Source of the DNA: Carcharhinus longimanus
Lineage: Eukaryota
Direction: 5' to 3'
Assembly: GCA_030264375.1 (NCBI GenBank)
Contig: JASCQW010000132.1
Coordinates: 36,977,329 to 37,041,328, forward strand
Length of the DNA stretch: 64,000 bases
Within the stretch, counting starts at the first letter, position 1; every line of letters starts with the position of its first letter. Below, one piece after another: positions 61,050-64,000 of the stretch. The notes beneath the pieces are model-generated. The model was not told where the DNA came from. It worked only from the letters and a program-made list of their open reading frames with translations, and searched no databases. The position numbers were made by a program, and so were the translations under genes.

Positions 61050-61392
61050 AAGAAGTACTGCAGTTGCTGTAAATCTGAAATAAAAAAACATAAAATGCTG
61101 GATTCTGAAGGTCAGGCAGCATTTGCAGAGGGAGAAAGACGGGATAAATTTTTCAGGCCAGTGACCTGAAGATGAAAAGTCATTGACCTAAAACATTGGG
61201 CAAGATTTTACAGCCTGGCTTGAGTGACACCAGAAATTTCTGCCTGAGGTCAATGGACATGTCCATTGTCTGCCCCTCGCCTGCTCTGATTCCATGGTGG
61301 GCAGGGTGGTAGAATTCCAGCGATTAACTTTGTCTCTTTCTCCACAGGTGCTGTCTGACCTGATGAGTATTTCCAACATTTTCTGATTTTAG
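61050..61392. repeat. Palindromic Penelope-like element interrupted by a short MITE-like insert (about 61198-61322)
   Basis: Left arm tactgcagttgctgtaaatctgaaataaaaaaacataaaatgctgga...ggtcaggcagcatttgcagag. Right arm ctccacaggtgctgtctgacctgatgagtatttccaacattttctgatttta. The insert has imperfect inverted ends, gggcaagattttac and gtagaattccagc. Confidence 0.6.
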
Positions 61393-61852
61393 TACGACTA
61401 TTTGTTAAGATTAACATTGCGGTTTTAGGGTAAATCCTCAGAACAGATAACAACAGGCTAAATGATAGGAAACATGAGATACTCATTGAAGAAGTTATGT
61501 CAGNNNNNNNNNNNNNNNNNNNNNNNNNNNNNNNNNNNNNNNNNNNNNNNNNNNNNNNNNNNNNNNNNNNNNNNNNNNNNNNNNNNNNNNNNNNNNNNNN
61601 NNNNNNNNNNNNNNNNNNNNNNNNNNNNNNNNNNNNNNNNNNNNNNNNNNNNNNNNNNNNNNNNNNNNNNNNNNNNNNNNNNNNNNNNNNNNNNNNNNNN
61701 NNNNNNNNNNNNNNNNNNNNNNNNNNNNNNNNNNNNNNNNNNNNNNNNNNNNNNNNNNNNNNNNNNNNNNNNNNNNNNNNNNNNNNNNNNNNNNNNNNNN
61801 NNNNNNNNNNNNNNNNNNNNNNNNNNNNNNNNNNNNNNNNNNNNNNNNNNNN

Positions 61853-62430
61853 CTGAAAGGAACCTAAGAGTCTTGGAGGGCTTGATGCTCAATATGTCCA
61901 ACCAATGCAGAGTAGCAATCAGCAGAGCCACTAGGATGTTGAGCTGTATAGACAAAAAGAGTGGGAAATCAGAGGAAATATTACGCAAACTTCATAGCAG
62001 TTCTGGTCACCAAAACAAAAATCGGAGAGATATTCAATTGCTGGAAGCAACACAAAAAAGAACCTGTACTCATTCTCAGAGCCAGGAGTTTTGAGTTGTA
62101 AGTCAAGGCTTCAAGAGATTTTGGCTTTTCAGACTCGAAAGAAGGCGGCTCAGAGGTGATCATAAAGAGATATACAAAATTGTTAAAGATTTAAGATAAA
62201 GCTAATCCTGAACATTATTTAAGTTAAACAGTGACAACAGAACTTGGGACACAGGTTCAAACTTGTGAAGGGTAGCTTTTGCACTGATATTTGAAAAGTG
62301 ATTAAGCTATGGAATAGACTTGCACAGAGAATGGTGAGGTAAAACTTGGGATGAATTGAATTCTAAAAAGAAGGACTTTTGGAGCTCAATGGATAGATGT
62401 GCCGAATGACCTTTGTCATCTATAATCTTA
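61853..62430 (+). mobile_element. CR1 LINE 3' fragment
   Basis: ERNLRVL...LNMSNQCRVAISRATRMLSCI...RRDIQLLEATQKR, then agaacttgggacacaggttcaaactt and the 3' UTR. Confidence 0.75.
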
Positions 62431-63129
62431 AAATGATGCAAAGAAGAGATACATTTATATTCACAAAATTAGTGATATGTTTCTATTGGAGATGAAGGGG
62501 GCAGCCCTAGATGTGTTCTTCTAGAACATTTTGAATTTTTACTCTCAGAATTAAGCATTTTGTTGATCTTTAAAAAACTTTAATGTTATAATACTTTCCT
62601 TATCTAAAAAAAAGGAATGACAAAATGACAAATGGTTCAAGATTTTCTTCAAATTGTCAACCATTTTTGGGCAGATTTCTGTTGTCTAATAAAGGAAAAT
62701 CAGTTGCAAAGTCATTATGGCAAATGCCTTCTTCTAATAACCCAGTAACATTTTGCTTCTTTGAAGTTAATGGAAATGAAAATCGGGAGAGATGCATGAT
62801 GAATGATGCAATATCTTTTGTTATGAACTATTGCTCATGTCAAAATTATCCCAAATAAACGTGAGGGCAAACCTACAATTGGCATCACCCTGCTGCTTTC
62901 CCCTCTGCCATTGTTCCCTCCTGTTCTCATAACTGCTAACCCTCAGCATCGGTCTCTTTGGAAGTTCTTCCCATTTCACTCCACATTTTACAAGCTAATC
63001 ATATTTATAAGCCTCAGTAAGCGATTATTCAGTCCCCTTCTTAATGAATCCTATCATACAAATTCTCTTTTTGTCAAATCCTTGTTGGAATTATCAATAA
63101 TTTCTTCATCTCAACAGCAATATTTCTTG

Positions 63130-63440
63130 CAGGAGGTCTTGTGGTGAAGTGATGATTGTCCCTACCTCTGAGCCAGAAGTTCAGGGTTCGAGTTTCACTC
63201 CAGGACCTGATGGCCACGGAGGTGGGTTTGTGGAATGGTCTGTAAGGTTGATTGTCAATTTGTAAATCCTCTGATTATGCCTATGGCAGGTGATAAGAAC
63301 AGGAAAGTTTCATGGTCAGCCAGAACTATATCGTAATTGCAGTGCTACCTCACATTATAAGACTCCACACAATAGGTGGGCTCTGTGGCAAGTGGTCACC
63401 CCACTTTCAGGGATTGCTGGAGCAAGAGAGTCCTTTTCCC
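63130..63440 (+). mobile_element. tRNA-derived SINE
   Basis: Head gtcttgtggtgaagtg (A-box-like) ... ctctgagccagaagttcagggttcgagtttc (B box GGTTCGA). Confidence 0.5.
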
Positions 63441-64000
63441 TCATCAAGATTATTGTTATCACCCCTTTTCAAAACAACACCCTTGACTTTTCAGTTCTCA
63501 TCAATTGCAATCCCATCTCCAACCTCCCTCTGTCAAGTAAGAAAAATGGACTGGAGAGAATGGTGACAGAATTGGACAAAGAAAGAGGGAAAGTGGGATC
63601 CTGTGTGAGCACATTGATGTTTCATTTGACTGTAACTGTAGTGAAAGAAGATGCTGGACAATGGGAAGATTGAGGAGGAGGATGGACAATGTACCACAGA
63701 CGATGTTAGTATAATTAAAGAGTGTGTGATGTGATCATAAGTTAGGCAATATGAACAGTGCAGACAAGCACCAATAGAACTAATTATCCACTGTTTAAAT
63801 TTACATGAACTGGATCCAAGGACATCAAGCTTTTATTAGAGGCAGACACAAGAAAATTAAGAAGTTGCTTTCAAAATTTACATTCAAAATTTCTTTTCCC
63901 CTATGCTTTGACAATTTTCCAAATGATCAGAAGAAAGAAGATTAAGAATAGATGGGGAACTAGTGAATGAATGCCTTTAAAACTGAAGATGGAATTGCTC

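Noticed and set aside
1-64000. CRISPR arrays, rRNA genes, prokaryotic operons or defence systems, intact transposon ORFs
   Set aside because: None seen. The window is spliced vertebrate DNA, and all RT-like ORFs are fragmented by stops and frameshifts.

Overview
Eukaryotic (vertebrate) genomic scaffold with 8 N-gaps. The repeat content (CR1, Rex1/Babar, RTE LINEs, HE1-type V-SINEs, Penelope-like palindromes) points to a cartilaginous fish, probably a shark; this is an inference. Two head-to-head protein-coding genes are supported. (1) MLLT10/AF10 on the minus strand: the first four coding exons (32003-31859, 28237-28158, 26796-26742, 11049-10940) have GT-AG boundaries, are phase-consistent and encode 130 aa of the PZP chromatin-reader domain. 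The gene continues beyond the left edge. (2) SKIDA1 on the plus strand: a single coding exon, 40294-42747, with the ORF open from 40231. Both flanks (1-26 kb and 55.6-64 kb) are dense in transposon relics, while about 31.5-55.6 kb is essentially TE-free and CpG-retaining, resembling a regulatory block. The best leads are decayed minimal hammerhead-ribozyme motifs in Penelope-like palindromic repeats, a candidate poison exon in MLLT10 intron 3, tandem PBX-PREP/MEIS decamers at the MLLT10 promoter, a uORF cluster and alternative acceptors before SKIDA1, and AF17-like residues in this AF10. I see no convincing wholly new gene system. Most other ORFs in the track are TE fragments, simple-repeat noise or gap artefacts. 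Repeat boundaries are approximate (by eye), and family names come from recalled consensus features, not a database search.
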